Positions 51,455 through 63,212 of a stretch of DNA of 64,000 nt are shown in pieces; position 1 is the first letter of the stretch, and the number at the start of each line of letters is the position of its first letter. Made by a program: the position numbers and the translations under genes. The notes beneath the pieces are model-generated. The model was given only the letters and a program-made list of their open reading frames with translations, ran no database searches and had not been told where the DNA came from. This stretch comes from Mobula hypostoma (lineage: Eukaryota): the NCBI RefSeq assembly GCF_963921235.1, contig NC_086108.1, forward strand, positions 108,192,001-108,256,000. Direction: 5' to 3'.

Positions 51455-52800
51455 CATTAGACCATAGACATAGGAGCAGAATTAGGCCATTCGGACCATC
51501 AAATCTGCTCCGCCATTCCATTATTTCCAACTTATCATCCCTCTCAAACCCACTCTCTTGCCTCCACCCCACCCCCCGTAAACTTCAATATCCTAACTAC
51601 TCAAAAACCAATCAATCTCCACTTTAGATATACTCAATGATTTGCCTCAACAGCTGTCTGCAGCAGTGAATTCCTCAAATTCACTGCCCTCTGGCTGAAG
51701 AAAGCCCTCCTCATCTCTGTTCTAAAGGGAGGTCCTTTTATTCTCAGGCTGTGCCCTCTGGTCCTTGACTCACCCCACTTTATTTCTCCACATCCGCCTT
51801 TTAATATTCAAAAGGTTTCAATAAGGTCACCCTCCCCTCAATCTTCTAAGCTCCAGCGAGTACATCCACAGACCCATCAAATGCTCCTCATAAATTAACC
51901 CTGTCATTCCTGGGATCATTATTGTGAACCTTCTCTGGACTTTCTCCAATGCCAGCACATCTTTTCTTAGAACAGGGGCCCAAAACTTCATGATACTTCA
52001 AGTGTGGTTTGACCAAGGCCTTATAAAGCCTCAGCTTTTATATTTCTAGTACAGCATAGGTCCATAAGACTTTATGGACCATAAAACCATAAGACATAGG
52101 AGCAGAATTAAGTCATTCAGCCTATCGAGCTTGCTCCAATATTCCATCATGGCTTACTTATTATCCTATCAACCTCCGCTTTAAATGACTTGGCCTCCAC
52201 AGCTGCCTGTAACAATGAATTCCAGTTTAACTATCCCCTGACTAAAAAATTTCCTCCTCATCACTGTTCAAAAGGGGCATCCTTCTATTCTAAGGCTGTG
52301 TCCACTGGTCCTAGACTCCCCCACTATAGGAAACATTCTCTCCATATCCACCCTGCGTAGGTTTTTCAATATTCAATACGTTTTAATGAGAACCCTCTCA
52401 TTCTTCTGAGCTCCAGTGAGTACAGGCCCAGAGCTATCAAACATGTTAACCCCGTCATTCCCAAAATCATTCTTGTGATCGTCCTCTGTATCCTCTCCAA
52501 TCCCAGCACATCTTTTCATAGGTAAAGGGCCCAAAGCTGCTCACAATACATCATGTGCAGTCTGACCAATGCCCTATAAGGCCTCAGCATTACATCCTTG
52601 CTTTTATATTCTAGTATAGGATAGTTCTATAAGACCATAAAACCATAAGACATAGGAACAGAATTAGGTCAGTTAGCACACCGAGTCTTCTTCCGCTATT
52701 CCATAATGGCTAATTTATTATCTCTTTCAACCTCATTTGCTTGCCTTCTCCAAATAACCTTTGGCACCCTGACTAATAAAGAACCTATCAATCTCTGTAG
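51455..52800 (-). repeat. Tandem array of about 2.3 CR1 3'-end units (about 560-620 bp each)
   Basis: Units start CCATA(A)GACATAGGAGCAGAATTA at about 51462, 52088 and 52643. Units 1 and 2 end at the same point (TTTATAT(T)TCTAGTA). Confidence 0.8.
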
Positions 52801-53238
52801 ATCTATTGAGCGTGAAGTAGGACATGGAAGTGTCCTGATTAGCTTGCATTTTCCTAGCTTGGACACCCTGGACTGAATGGTTAAATGTTTTTGCTGTCTA
52901 AATTTATGTGCAATCCACACCAGGATCAACCACGTGTACAAAATTATGAAGGGTATAGATAGGGTAAGCAGAAACAAGCGTTCTCTACGGAGAATGAGGT
53001 CGTGAATTTGAGGGGGGATCCACTTCACTTAGCAGGTGGTGAGAGTGTGGAATGAGCTGCCGGTGGAAGTGGTGGATGGAGATTTTATTTCAACACTTAA
53101 GTGAAACGGATAAAATACATGGATAGGAGGGGTATAGAGGACTTCAGGTACAGGTCTACAGGACTAGAAATCATAATAATCCAGCACTGACTAGATAGTC
53201 CAAAGGACCTGTTTTTGTGCTGCAGTGTTGGAGCCATG

Positions 53239-53771
53239 GAGTACTTTTGCTCAGTACTGTATTTGTACATGGAGCAGAGAGCAAGTTTGTAAACCTGGCG
53301 GGAGCAAAAGATGTTGGGAATGGCCAGAGTGGAATGCCGCGGGAGGGGTGTGGGACAGGTGGCAGAGAAGGAGTGCTGGGGCATAGGTGAGGTGAGGATG
53401 ACACGGGTGCAAAAACACCCAGCCCTGAGACACCAGGCAAGGTCATTTGAATCCAAACAATTGGTTTATTGATCATTACAGGATGTCTCTCTGGTGCTTC
53501 CCACTCCCTCCCCTCCCCCTTTCCCTTCCCCCATCCCTTTCCCTTCCCCTTTTCCCAACCATGATTCCCCACTTCCTGCCTCTTTTCCACTCTCAGTCCA
53601 CAACAGAGACCCATATCAGAATCAGATTTATCATTACCCACATGTGATGAAATTTGTGTGTTTTTGCAACAGCAATAGTGAGCAATACATAAAATTACTA
53701 CAATACTGTGCAAAAGTCTTGGGCACCCTATCTATATATAGAGTATGTGCCTAAACATTTGCTCAGTACTA
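53239..53771 (-). mobile_element. Composite Tc1-like MITE, copy 2
   Basis: Reverse complement aligns with 33671-34105; mini-palindrome at 53701-53771. Confidence 0.75.
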
Positions 53772-54699
53772 TAAGGGGATAGACAGGATAGATAGTAAAA
53801 GTACTTTTCCCACACTGGGGTTTGTCAAGGAGCCAGGATAAAATGGAGTTTATTGTACGGGTACAATGAAAACATTTGCTTGCAGTAGCATCTTAAGCAC
53901 ATAGTTACAGACAATACACAGAATGTAAGTTACACATAGATTAGAGGCACAAGAGATTCTGCAGATGTTGGAAATTTTGAGCAACACGCACAAAATACTG
54001 AAGGAACCCAACACTTCTGACTGCATCTAAGGAGGGGAGCAGTCAACATTATGGGCTGAGAACCTTTATCAGGACTGGGAAGGAAGGGCGAAGAAACCAC
54101 ATTAAGAGGGTGGCTGGAGGAGAAGGAGTACACGCTGGCCAGTGACAGGTGAAACCAAGTGAGGGGGAAAAGTGGATGGCTGGGGGAAGGGAAGATGAAG
54201 TAAGAAGCCAGGAGGTGATAGGTGGGAGAGGTAAAGGGCTGAAGAAGAAGGAATATGATAGGAGAGGAGAGTGGACCATGAGCGAAACAGAAGGAGGTGA
54301 GAAGCCAGAGGGAGATGGTGTGCAGGTCACGAGGGTGGATGTAGAAAAGAGATGTAGTGAGAGATCCTCGAGATTGGGAGATGGAAAAAGGAGAAGAAAG
54401 GGGCGGGGGTCAGAGGGATGGGATTACCGGAAGTTAGAGAAATTGATGTTCATTCTATCAGGTTGGAGGCTACCCAGACGGAATATAAGGTGTTCCTCCT
54501 CGGACCTGAGTTTACTCTTCACTCTTTCAGGCTTATTGATTGTTGGGTCTCTTGAGTTCCACCATACCCTAACAAGCTTTGCAGTGCACAACTGGACAGT
54601 CTGTGCCTCTGGGCCAGTTGAGGCCTATTTCCAAACGCTTTGATTGACTGAGTTCACAGCAAACACAACGGCCAAGTAATGAGAGCCGTTAAGAGAAGG

Positions 54700-55350
54700 G
54701 GAACAACTTCAGATTCACAAAGCACCAGATGCAGATGGAATGCATCCAAGAATATTAAAAGGAAAGCTCCATTTTAAAAAAAATGGCAGTGTTGTTAAAG
54801 GGGAAAATCTGCTGAGCTTGTTAAATGCTGGGCAGAACCAGAAGACCAAGAAACGACTAATGTAATTCCCATCCATAAAAAAAGGTCAGAAACATGATCT
54901 TGGGAATTATAACCCAGTTAACTCGACATCTGCAGTGGGGAAATTGCTGGAATCTATTATAAAGGAAGCGATTCAGAAGCATTTAGTAAGAATAAAGGCC
55001 AATAAATCAAAGTCAGCATAGGTTTGTGAGAGACAGGTCAACCCTCACAAATTTATGAGAATGTTTAAGGTACGTAACAGAGTTAGCAGCTAAGAGTAAT
55101 CTTGTAGATATTTATCCGGACTTTTAAAAGGCATTTGATAACATTCATTGTAAAAGGCCGCTGACTGAATTGGAACTCATGGGATCACAATGGATGTTGC
55201 AAATTGGATAATTAATAGGAAGCAGAGGGGTTGTTGTTGGTTTATATTGGGCGTTGGTGACCAGATGAGGTGAGCAGGGATTAATTCCAGGGATGTTGCT
55301 CTTTCTAATATTTTATTAATTAGGAGAATGAGAACATTGCAAGCAGAACA
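54700..55350 (+). mobile_element. Ancient, heavily decayed CR1 RT fragment
   Basis: Translates piecewise to KAPDADGMHPRILK, NVIPIHKK, GNYNPVNSTSAVGKLLESII and DF*KAFD. Confidence 0.75.
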
Positions 55351-55399
55351 TCAAATTTTGATGCTGCATCCAGCTCTGAAGCCAAGCATGATGGTGCAT

Positions 55400-55870
55400 C
55401 GGGGGAGGGAGAGAGAGATGAGTGGTTTTGGAATTGTGGAGGGTACTGGAGCGATAAATACTGTGAGAGTGAGGGGGAGGAGAGAGTGAGAGAAAGAGAG
55501 AGAGATGAATGGTATCAGGATTGCAGAGAGCGACTGGAACAATAAATATTGTGAGAGGGAGAGAGAGGTGTCAGGAGAGAAAAAGAGGGAGAGAGGGGGA
55601 AGGAGATAGAGAAAAAAGAGAAAGAAAGAAAAAAGGGAGAGAGGGAGAAGGAGAGAGAGAAAAAGAGAGACGAATGATGTCAGGATTGTAGGGGGTACTG
55701 GAGTGATAAATATTGTGTGTATGAAAGAGAGACAGAGTGAGAGAGAGATAGGGGGAGAGAGAGTGCGATAGAGAGGGGGAGAAAGAGTGGGGGATAGAGA
55801 ATAGGAGGGAGAGGAGCAATTTAGAGATTGTGGGATCTACAGTGATAAATACTGTCAGTGAGTGAGAGAA
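55400..55870. repeat. GA-rich low-complexity tract with four degenerate copies of an approximately 45-bp motif
   Basis: GATTGT..GGTACTGGAG.GATAAATA.TGTG recurs at about 55430, 55518, 55683 and 55825, between GA runs. Confidence 0.75.
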
Positions 55871-56834
55871 ACTTTGTGGGGGCTATACATAAGGGTGGGT
55901 GTGTGTGTGTGCATGTGTGCGCGTGCGCCTAAGACTTTTGCACTGTACTATAGATAAAGAGAAGATGTGGGGAGTCTTGGACCAGAGGGCAGTGTCTTAG
56001 AATACAAGGACACCCATTTAAACAGCGATGATGCAGAATTTTTTAGCCAGAGGGTAGTGAATCTGTGGGTTTCATTGCTGCAGAAGGAAGGCTGTGGAGG
56101 CAGGTAGATCCTTGATTAGCAAGGATGTCAAGGTTGTAGGAAGAAGGCAAGAGAATGGGACTGAGAGGGAAAATAAATCAGCCATGATGGAATGGCAGAG
56201 CAGACTTGATGGGCCTAGTCACCTAATTTTGCTCCTATGCTTTATTGTCTTCAACAATGGCAGCCACAATGGTCTTTAAAAATGTCTGGTTGAGTCATGT
56301 CCTAGGGCGGGAGTTCGCAACTATACTTATGCCATGGACTAATACCATTAAGCAAGGGTTCTGTTGACCCCAGATTTGGGTCCTACAGGGAAGGAAATCT
56401 GCTCTTACGTCTTACTGTCTTGTGGCCACATTTCTGGCTCTCCAGCTAAGTTCCATTTGCATGAGATAGTTTTCTTTTGATGCATCCAGCATTGTTTTGC
56501 TTGCGTTTTGTCGCATTGTTTGGGGAAAGAGCAATTTTTTTGGGGCCTTGCTTAAGATATGTTAGAGACCCATAAGATTAAGCAGCCCTGAAACAAACCT
56601 TTTGGTCCGGCTTGTCTAATATGACTAGGAATGGTAAATCGGTAAATTTAAAATAAGGTACAGGGGAAAGCATTGTTTTGCATGCCTCGCATACAGATCA
56701 ATTCATCACATCAGTGCAGTGAGGTAGTACCAAGAAAAACGTCAACAAGGTGCAAGATTCCTAAAGGACATAATTCAATTTTCCTGCATTTGGCACTGGT
56801 CCTTTCCCATACTATCCAATTGCTTTTGTTAAGT

Positions 56835-56930
56835 AACACACATCAAAGTTGCTGGTGAATGCAGCAGGCCAGGCAGCATCTCTAGGAAGAGGTACAGTCG
56901 ACGTTTCGGGCTGAGACCCCTCGTCAGGAC
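56835..56930 (-). mobile_element. About 95-bp Penelope-derived insertion consisting only of hammerhead + tail
   Basis: TSD CTTTTGTTAAGT (56823-56834) / CTTTCGTTAAGT (56930-56941), one mismatch. Confidence 0.88.
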
Positions 56931-56931
56931 T
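56895..56931 (-). ncRNA. Minimal type I hammerhead ribozyme, intact core
   Basis: Reverse complement AGTC-CTGACGA-GGGGTCTCAGCCC-GAAA-CGTC^GACTG. Confidence 0.88.
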
Positions 56932-57265
56932 TTCGTTAAGTGCTGTAATTGTACCCACCTCGACCACTTTCCATAAGACATAGGGACAGAATTAGGTCAT
57001 TGATCTCGCCATCACGGTCGATTTATCATCATTCTCAACCCCATTCCCCTGTCTTCTCCCCGTAACCTTTGGCACCCTGACTAATCAGCCCCGCTTTAAA
57101 TACAGCCAATGACTTGGCTCCCTGGCAGCTTGTTCCGTGTACCCACCATCCAAAGAGTTTTACCCCCTTGTGTCACCTTTAAATCCTTCTCCTCTCACCT
57201 CACACCTGCACCCTCTGGTTTTAGACTCTCCTATCTTGGGAAAAGGATGAGTGCCCACCTCATAC

Positions 57266-57576
57266 ATTAAGGTATCCATTAGTCTTGCAAGACCATGGAT
57301 CTGTGCCTGGAAAGTCTTCACTCTCCAGGGCGCAGGCCTGGGCAAGGTTGTACGGAAGACCAGCAGTTGCCCATGCTGCAAGTCTCCCCTCTCCACGACA
57401 CCAATGTTGTCCAAGGGAAGGGCATTAGGACCCATACAGCTTGGCACCAGTGTCGTCGCAGAGCAATGTGTGATTAAGTGCCTTGCTCAAGGACACAACA
57501 CATTGCCTCGGCTGGGGCTCGAACTCACGACCTTCAGGTAGCTAGTCCAATGCCTTAACCACTTGGCCATGTGCCC
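57266..57576 (-). mobile_element. tRNA-headed SINE with a CORE-like segment and an RTE-related body
   Basis: A box TGGCCAAGTGG, B box GTTCGAGCCCC and GTGTCCTTGAGCAAGGCACTTAA. Body similar to 5730-5885. GTGCCCACCTCATAC is duplicated at 57251-57265 and 57571-57585. Confidence 0.82.
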
Positions 57577-59794
57577 ACCTCATACGACATGGCATAATGA
57601 TGATAACCCTCATGATGATGTTGTATATCTCTATTGCTTTCATATTCAGGTGACTATGGAAAAGGCTCTCTGCCTGCTTCCAGTATTACTCCTAATACTC
57701 TTCCAGGTAGCTACCACACTGTGCAAAACGCTTGTTCATATTGTCCAATCCAAGCAGCATCCTGCCAAACCTCCTCTGCATCCTCTCCACAACCTCCATC
57801 TCTACTGGACTCCTGGGTTTTGATTAATGGGTTTCCACTCGTGTAAGACCTAAATGCAATGCTCCGGTTCCTATTTTATTCTGTTGATGAATTCATTCCG
57901 GCTTCCCTCGCCCTGCAGTTAGCTCACACTGCATTAAAGTGACACCATTTAAACAAAGGCGTTAGGCTGAAGTGTGAGGGGGGGAGTCCCACTGCTGTAA
58001 ACCAGATGTCTGCTGAAAATTAACCAGGCACGAAGAATGACTGATGAGGGGGGTCCCTGAGCTGACGTAAGAATAGTGAAACGTATTAAGGCCGATTTGG
58101 AAAAGGATAAATGTTACAATACATAGGAGTCTTGGAAAGGGGATAATAAAGGAAAGTTTAAAAAAAACAAGTTGTGATCAAAAAGTAATCAAGATCTCAT
58201 ACAATCCCTCTGTCTGAAAAGCTGGAAGGACTTAGAGGGACCTACTTACCTTCCCCCTCACCTGGCTTCATCTATCACCTGCTAGCTTGAAATCTTTCCC
58301 ATCCCCTAACCTCCTTATTCTGGCTTCTTCCACATTTCCTTTCAGTCTGATGGTGGGTCTCGGAGTCGCCCATTGGATGAGTGGTACAGGAGTCTCGGGT
58401 CCACACCACCAGTTCCGGGAGTAGTTGCCCGGCATCCATTAGGCTTCTGGACCGGCTTTACTTGCTTCAGTGCTGAACTGGCTCTATGGCTATGGGCATA
58501 CTTAGGGACTCTGTGATCCCTGCTTTCTGCATTATTATTTGATCCCTTTTTTATTGTTTGTAAACTTTGATAATGGGGCGAAGGTGGGAGAATGGGATGA
58601 AGAGGGAAAATAATCAGCCGTGATGGAATGGTGGAGCAGACTCGATGAGCCAAATGGCCCCATTCTACTCCGCTGTCTTATGGTCTCTGTAATTCAGCTT
58701 CCTTAACACAAAATACCCTTCCACTTATCCTGGTATCATCTGCAAATTTGGCCACAAAGCCATTAATTCTGGCATCCAAATAATTGACATGTAACATAAA
58801 AAGAATCAGTCCCCACACCAGTCCTTGCAGAACACCACTAAGCACCAGCAGCAAACCAGAAAAGGCCCCTTTTATCGCCAGTCTTTGCCTTCTATCGATA
58901 CTCATATCATTATATGACATCAATCTTCCTCATAACATCTCAACTTCCATTTTCATTGCCTTGACTGATGAAGGCCAGCATGACAAAAGCCTTCTTCACC
59001 ACCCTGACTACCTCTTTCAGGGAACTACGTACTTGTACTCCGAGGACCTCCTGTCCAACATCACTCCCCAGGGTCCAGCCGTTCACTGAAAGTCCTGTCT
59101 CACAGACACACATCTGAATGCAGGCCAGATCTCGTCATTTAGGCTGAGGAATCCAGACCATATGCAGGGATCAGTGAGTCAGTGAATATCATCAGGGACA
59201 CCTGCTCCAGATGGGGTGCCTGGATATCCAAAGAACTGAGAGGGAAAATATGAGGCCATGACTGACATTTTTAGCAGCTCTAATAACAAGTGGAGCTGCA
59301 ACTAGAGATTGTGGTATGTGATCCTGGATTTCAGAGGTACACAGAGTGAGTGATTCAGCAGCCTGTCCACTGCAAGACACTGCCCAGTACGTCTTTAGGG
59401 TTGTAACTAAGAAGGCAAAGTAGAACTCAGCACAGTAATCGGTGCTGCTGTAACACACACAAAATGCTAGAGGAACTGAGCACATCAGTCAGCATCTATG
59501 TTTATAAAGAGTTGATGTATCGGGCTGAAACCCTTCATTCCTTTCCATAGCTGTTGACTGACCCGTTGAGTTCCTGCAGCGTTTTGTGTGTGTTAATCTG
59601 GATTTCCAGCAGCTGCAGAATCTCTTGTGTTTATAATCAGTGCTACTGTGCAATTCTTAAACTCAGTCAGCTCCATCACGGGCACTAGCCTCCCCAGCAT
59701 CCAGGACATCTTCAAGGAGCAATACCCCAGAAAGGTGGCATCCATCATTAAGGACCCCCATCACCCAGAACATGCCCTCTTCTCATTGCTGCTT

Positions 59795-59865
59795 TGTGTA
59801 TATGTATGTTACACTCAAGTTATATATACACACACACACACACATACTGTGTGTGTATATGTATG

Positions 59866-59918
<53 letters not shown>

Positions 59919-59973
59919 ATGTGTGTGTGTATATATATCTATATATATATATCTATCTATATATATATATATA

Positions 59974-60020
<47 letters not shown>

Positions 60021-60025
60021 ATATC

Positions 60026-60067
<42 letters not shown>

Positions 60068-60070
60068 TAC
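59795..60070. repeat. Compound microsatellite (TA)n/(TG)n/(CA)n/(TC)n
   Basis: Visible directly in the sequence. Confidence 0.97.
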
Positions 60071-60072
60071 AA

Positions 60073-60365
60073 GATTAGCTTTATTTGTCACATGTACTTC
60101 GAAACATACAGTGAAATACATCATTCTGAAAAGCATTTTTCTGGAGCAGACTGCAAAAGTCACCCTGCTTCTGCCACCAACAGAGCATGCCCACACCTTA
60201 CTAACCCTGAGTTTTTGGAATGTGGGAGGAAACAGGAGCACCCAGAGGACACCCACATAGTCATGGGGAAAACATACAAACTCCTTAGATAGAGCAGCGG
60301 GAATCGAACCCTGGTCAGGGATTGCTGTAAAGTGACTGCGCTAGCCGCTAGGCTATCATGTCACC
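60073..60365 (-). mobile_element. V-SINE
   Basis: GATTAGCTTTATTTGTCAC tail, GTGGGAGGAAACAGGAGCACCC V-domain and GGGAATCGAACCC B box. Confidence 0.82.
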
Positions 60366-60655
60366 CACCTGCACTTTTCTTCTGCTCTCCAGAGAGGCTG
60401 TGTTCTGCTGGTAGTTCATTAGGCTCAGAGTTGGAACATAACAGGCCCTTCACTCCATAATATTCTGCCAACCTCTTGATCTTCTAAGATCAATCTAACC
60501 CTTCCCGCCCGCAGAGCCCTCCATTTATCTATAATCCATGTGTCTAAGAGTCTCTTTAATATTCATAATTTATCTGCCTCTGCCACCACATCTGGCAGCA
60601 TCTTTCAAGCATTACCACTCTCAGTGTGGAAAAAAAACTACCTCTGATATCCCCC

Positions 60656-60790
60656 AACAACAGGAATTCTGCAGGTGCTGGAAATTCAAGCAACACACAT
60701 CAAAGTTGCTGGTGAACGCAGCAGGCCAGGCAGCATCTCTAGGAAGAGGTACAGTCGACGTTTCAGGCCGAGACCCTTTGTCAGGACTAA
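60656..60790 (-). mobile_element. 135-bp Penelope-derived hammerhead+tail insertion (G8A core variant) within a CR1 3' UTR
   Basis: Perfect 13-bp TSD TCTGATATCCCCC at 60643-60655 and 60791-60803. Confidence 0.92.
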
Positions 60791-61371
60791 TCTGATATCC
60801 CCCTTATATTTTGCTCCAATCACCTTAAAATTGTGCCCCCTCGTAAACCGTACAGCGCGGTATGGTCCTTCGCTCCACAGTATTGTGCCAACCCTTTTAC
60901 GTATTCCAAGCTCAATCTAACCTTTTCCTCCTAAGTAGTCCAAAACCCATCATTTTTCTTACATCCGTGTGCCTATATAAGAGTTTTTTAAATGCCCCCA
61001 GTGTACCTGCCTCTACTACCACCCCTGGCAGGGCTTTCCACGCACCCACCACTCTCTGTGTAAAAAAACAACTGCTGACATCCCCCTACACTCTCGTCCA
61101 CTCACTTTAAACAGATGTCCTCTGGTATTCACCATTGTTGTCTGGTGTTCTCCCTATCTCTGCCTCTTATCAGTTTACACCTCCATCAAGTTGCTTCTAA
61201 TCATTATCATACCTCCCCTTCACAGATGAAAGCTAGTAGATGGTTTTTCTTTACTTATTCAATTAGATCCCCCCTTGATCTTTTAAACTCCAGTGAGTAC
61301 AGGCCCAGAGTCCTTGCATACTTCTTATTCTGAGGCTGTTCCCTCAGCCAACCACTCAACTTAAACCATTA

Positions 61372-62135
61372 GAAGAATAAGAATAAGAATATCTTTATTG
61401 TCATTGTTGTGGAGCAATGAAACACAGTTTAGCAGCTCAACGTTTTGCAGCACGACAAAGAATATATACATAAAATAAACTCTAAAACATCAGGAGTGCA
61501 GTCCAAAATTAATAATATATGGATGGCGGGGTAGGACTATTGCACACCTGCCATTCCTGGAAGTGTGATGCATTTAGCTGCCGCCATCTTAGGAGGGGGG
61601 CAGGAAAACAGAAGGGGATGTTATACACTTCACTGCTTGTGGGTAGAAGCTGTTAAGGAGTCTCTTTGGTTTCGTCCTTAATGCTCTGTATCTCTTCCCA
61701 GAAGGTAGAGGGGAAAACAGGTGATGTCCAGGATGAGTGGGATCCTTTGAAATACAGGTAGCCTTCTTTTGAAGTCTGCTAGTATAAATGTCTCTGAGGG
61801 AGGGTAATGTTGTGCCAGTGACCCGCTCTGCTACCCTCACCACCCGCTGCAAGTCCTTCCTGTTCTGTTCTGTGCAGCTGGCAAACCACACTGCACAGCA
61901 ATACGTCAGGAGGCTTCCGATAGAAGTTGATCAGCAGGTGATGAGGGAGGAGAGCGTGCTTTAGCTTCCTTAGGAAGTAGAGCCTCTGTTGGGCCTTCCC
62001 CACCTGATAAGAGATATGGGCAGTCCAGGTGAGGTCAGCCGAGATGTGGACGCCAAGGAACTTGAAACTCTCTACTCTCTCCACCTCTTTCCCGTATATG
62101 TGCAGAGCAGAGTGCTCGACGCGCTTTCATTTCCT
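61372..62135 (-). mobile_element. Rex1/Babar 3' fragment with (ATTCTT)n tail
   Basis: ORFs [30 protein letters not shown] and DPTHPGHHLFSPLPSGKRYR..NSFYPQAV. Confidence 0.88.
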
Positions 62136-62144
62136 GAGATGGAA

Positions 62145-63140
62145 AACCATAAGACTATAAGTTATAGGACCGGAATTAGCTATTTGGCCCATTAAGTCTG
62201 ATCCGCCATTTCATCATGACTGATTCACTTCCCTCTCAGCCCAATCTCTTGCCTTCTCCCCGCATTCCTTTAAGCCCTGACCAATCAAGAACCTATCAAC
62301 CTCAGCTTTAAATATTCCAAATTACTTGGGCTCCACAGCCACCTGTGGTCATGACTTACACAGATTCACCACTCTCTAGATAAAGAAATACCTCCTCATC
62401 CTTTCCAAATGGACACCCCTCTATTCTGAGGCTGTGTCCTCTTGTCCTATACCTCCCCCCCTCCCCCCCCCCACCACACCCCACCTTAGGAAACATAGGA
62501 GGGTAAGATAGAGAGACGTTTCCACTTTTCAACACTTGACTGTTAGTTTTATTCAGAGGGTAGCAGGTGCTGAATTTCTTCAGTGGATAGTTTTCTCAAT
62601 GGTTAGGAAAGGAACCGTAGTTTGGCACTCTTGGTTAGGAGTTTGTTGATGCCCAGGATTGGCTCTGGGCCTGTACACGCTGGATTTGAGAAGAATGAGG
62701 GGGACCTCATTGAAACATAATGAATATTGAAAGGGCCAGATCAGGAGTTCCCAACCTGGAGTCCACAGACCCTTTGATTAGTGGTAAAGGTCTGCGGCAT
62801 AAAAAAGGTTGGGAACTTTGGCCTAGGTAGAGTGGATATAGAGAGTATGTTTCCTATAGAGACCAGAGGGCACAGCCTCAGAATACAAGGACGTCCCTTT
62901 AAAACAGAAATGAGGAGGAATTTCTTTAGCCAGAGGGTGAGGAATTGGTGAAATTCATTGCCACTGATGGCTGTGGTGATCAAGTCATTGGATACATTTA
63001 AAATGGAGGTGATCGGTCCTTGATTAGTAAAATTACAGGGAGAATGGTTTGAGAGGGATAGTAAATCAGCCATGATAGTACGATGGAGCAGACTTGGTGA
63101 GCCGAAAGGCCTAATTCTGCTCCTATGTCTATGGTCTTAT
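62145..63140. mobile_element. Two CR1 3' ends in divergent orientation (62145-62495 minus; 62645-63140 plus)
   Basis: Both match the 1650-2000 family, on opposite strands. Confidence 0.82.
62742..62820. mobile_element. About 80-bp hAT-like MITE inside a CR1; degenerate second copy at about 56307-56379
   Basis: TIRs CAGGAGTTCCCAACCT / AGGTTGGGAACTTTG; imperfect 8-bp TSD GGCCAGAT / GCCTAGGT. Confidence 0.72.
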
Positions 63141-63212
63141 TAGCCAAGGAATGAGGCTTGTTCTTGTAGAGATCTTATCCCCTTTCTCCATTGATAGCCT
63201 GATGAGGAGTGA

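Noticed and set aside
57495..57576. tRNA gene
   Set aside because: A and B boxes are present, but this is the head of a SINE with body and flanking duplication; no proper acceptor stem.
59627..60292. 221-aa ORF and overlapping ORFs
   Set aside because: These read through a dinucleotide microsatellite joining Rex and SINE fragments; not a gene.
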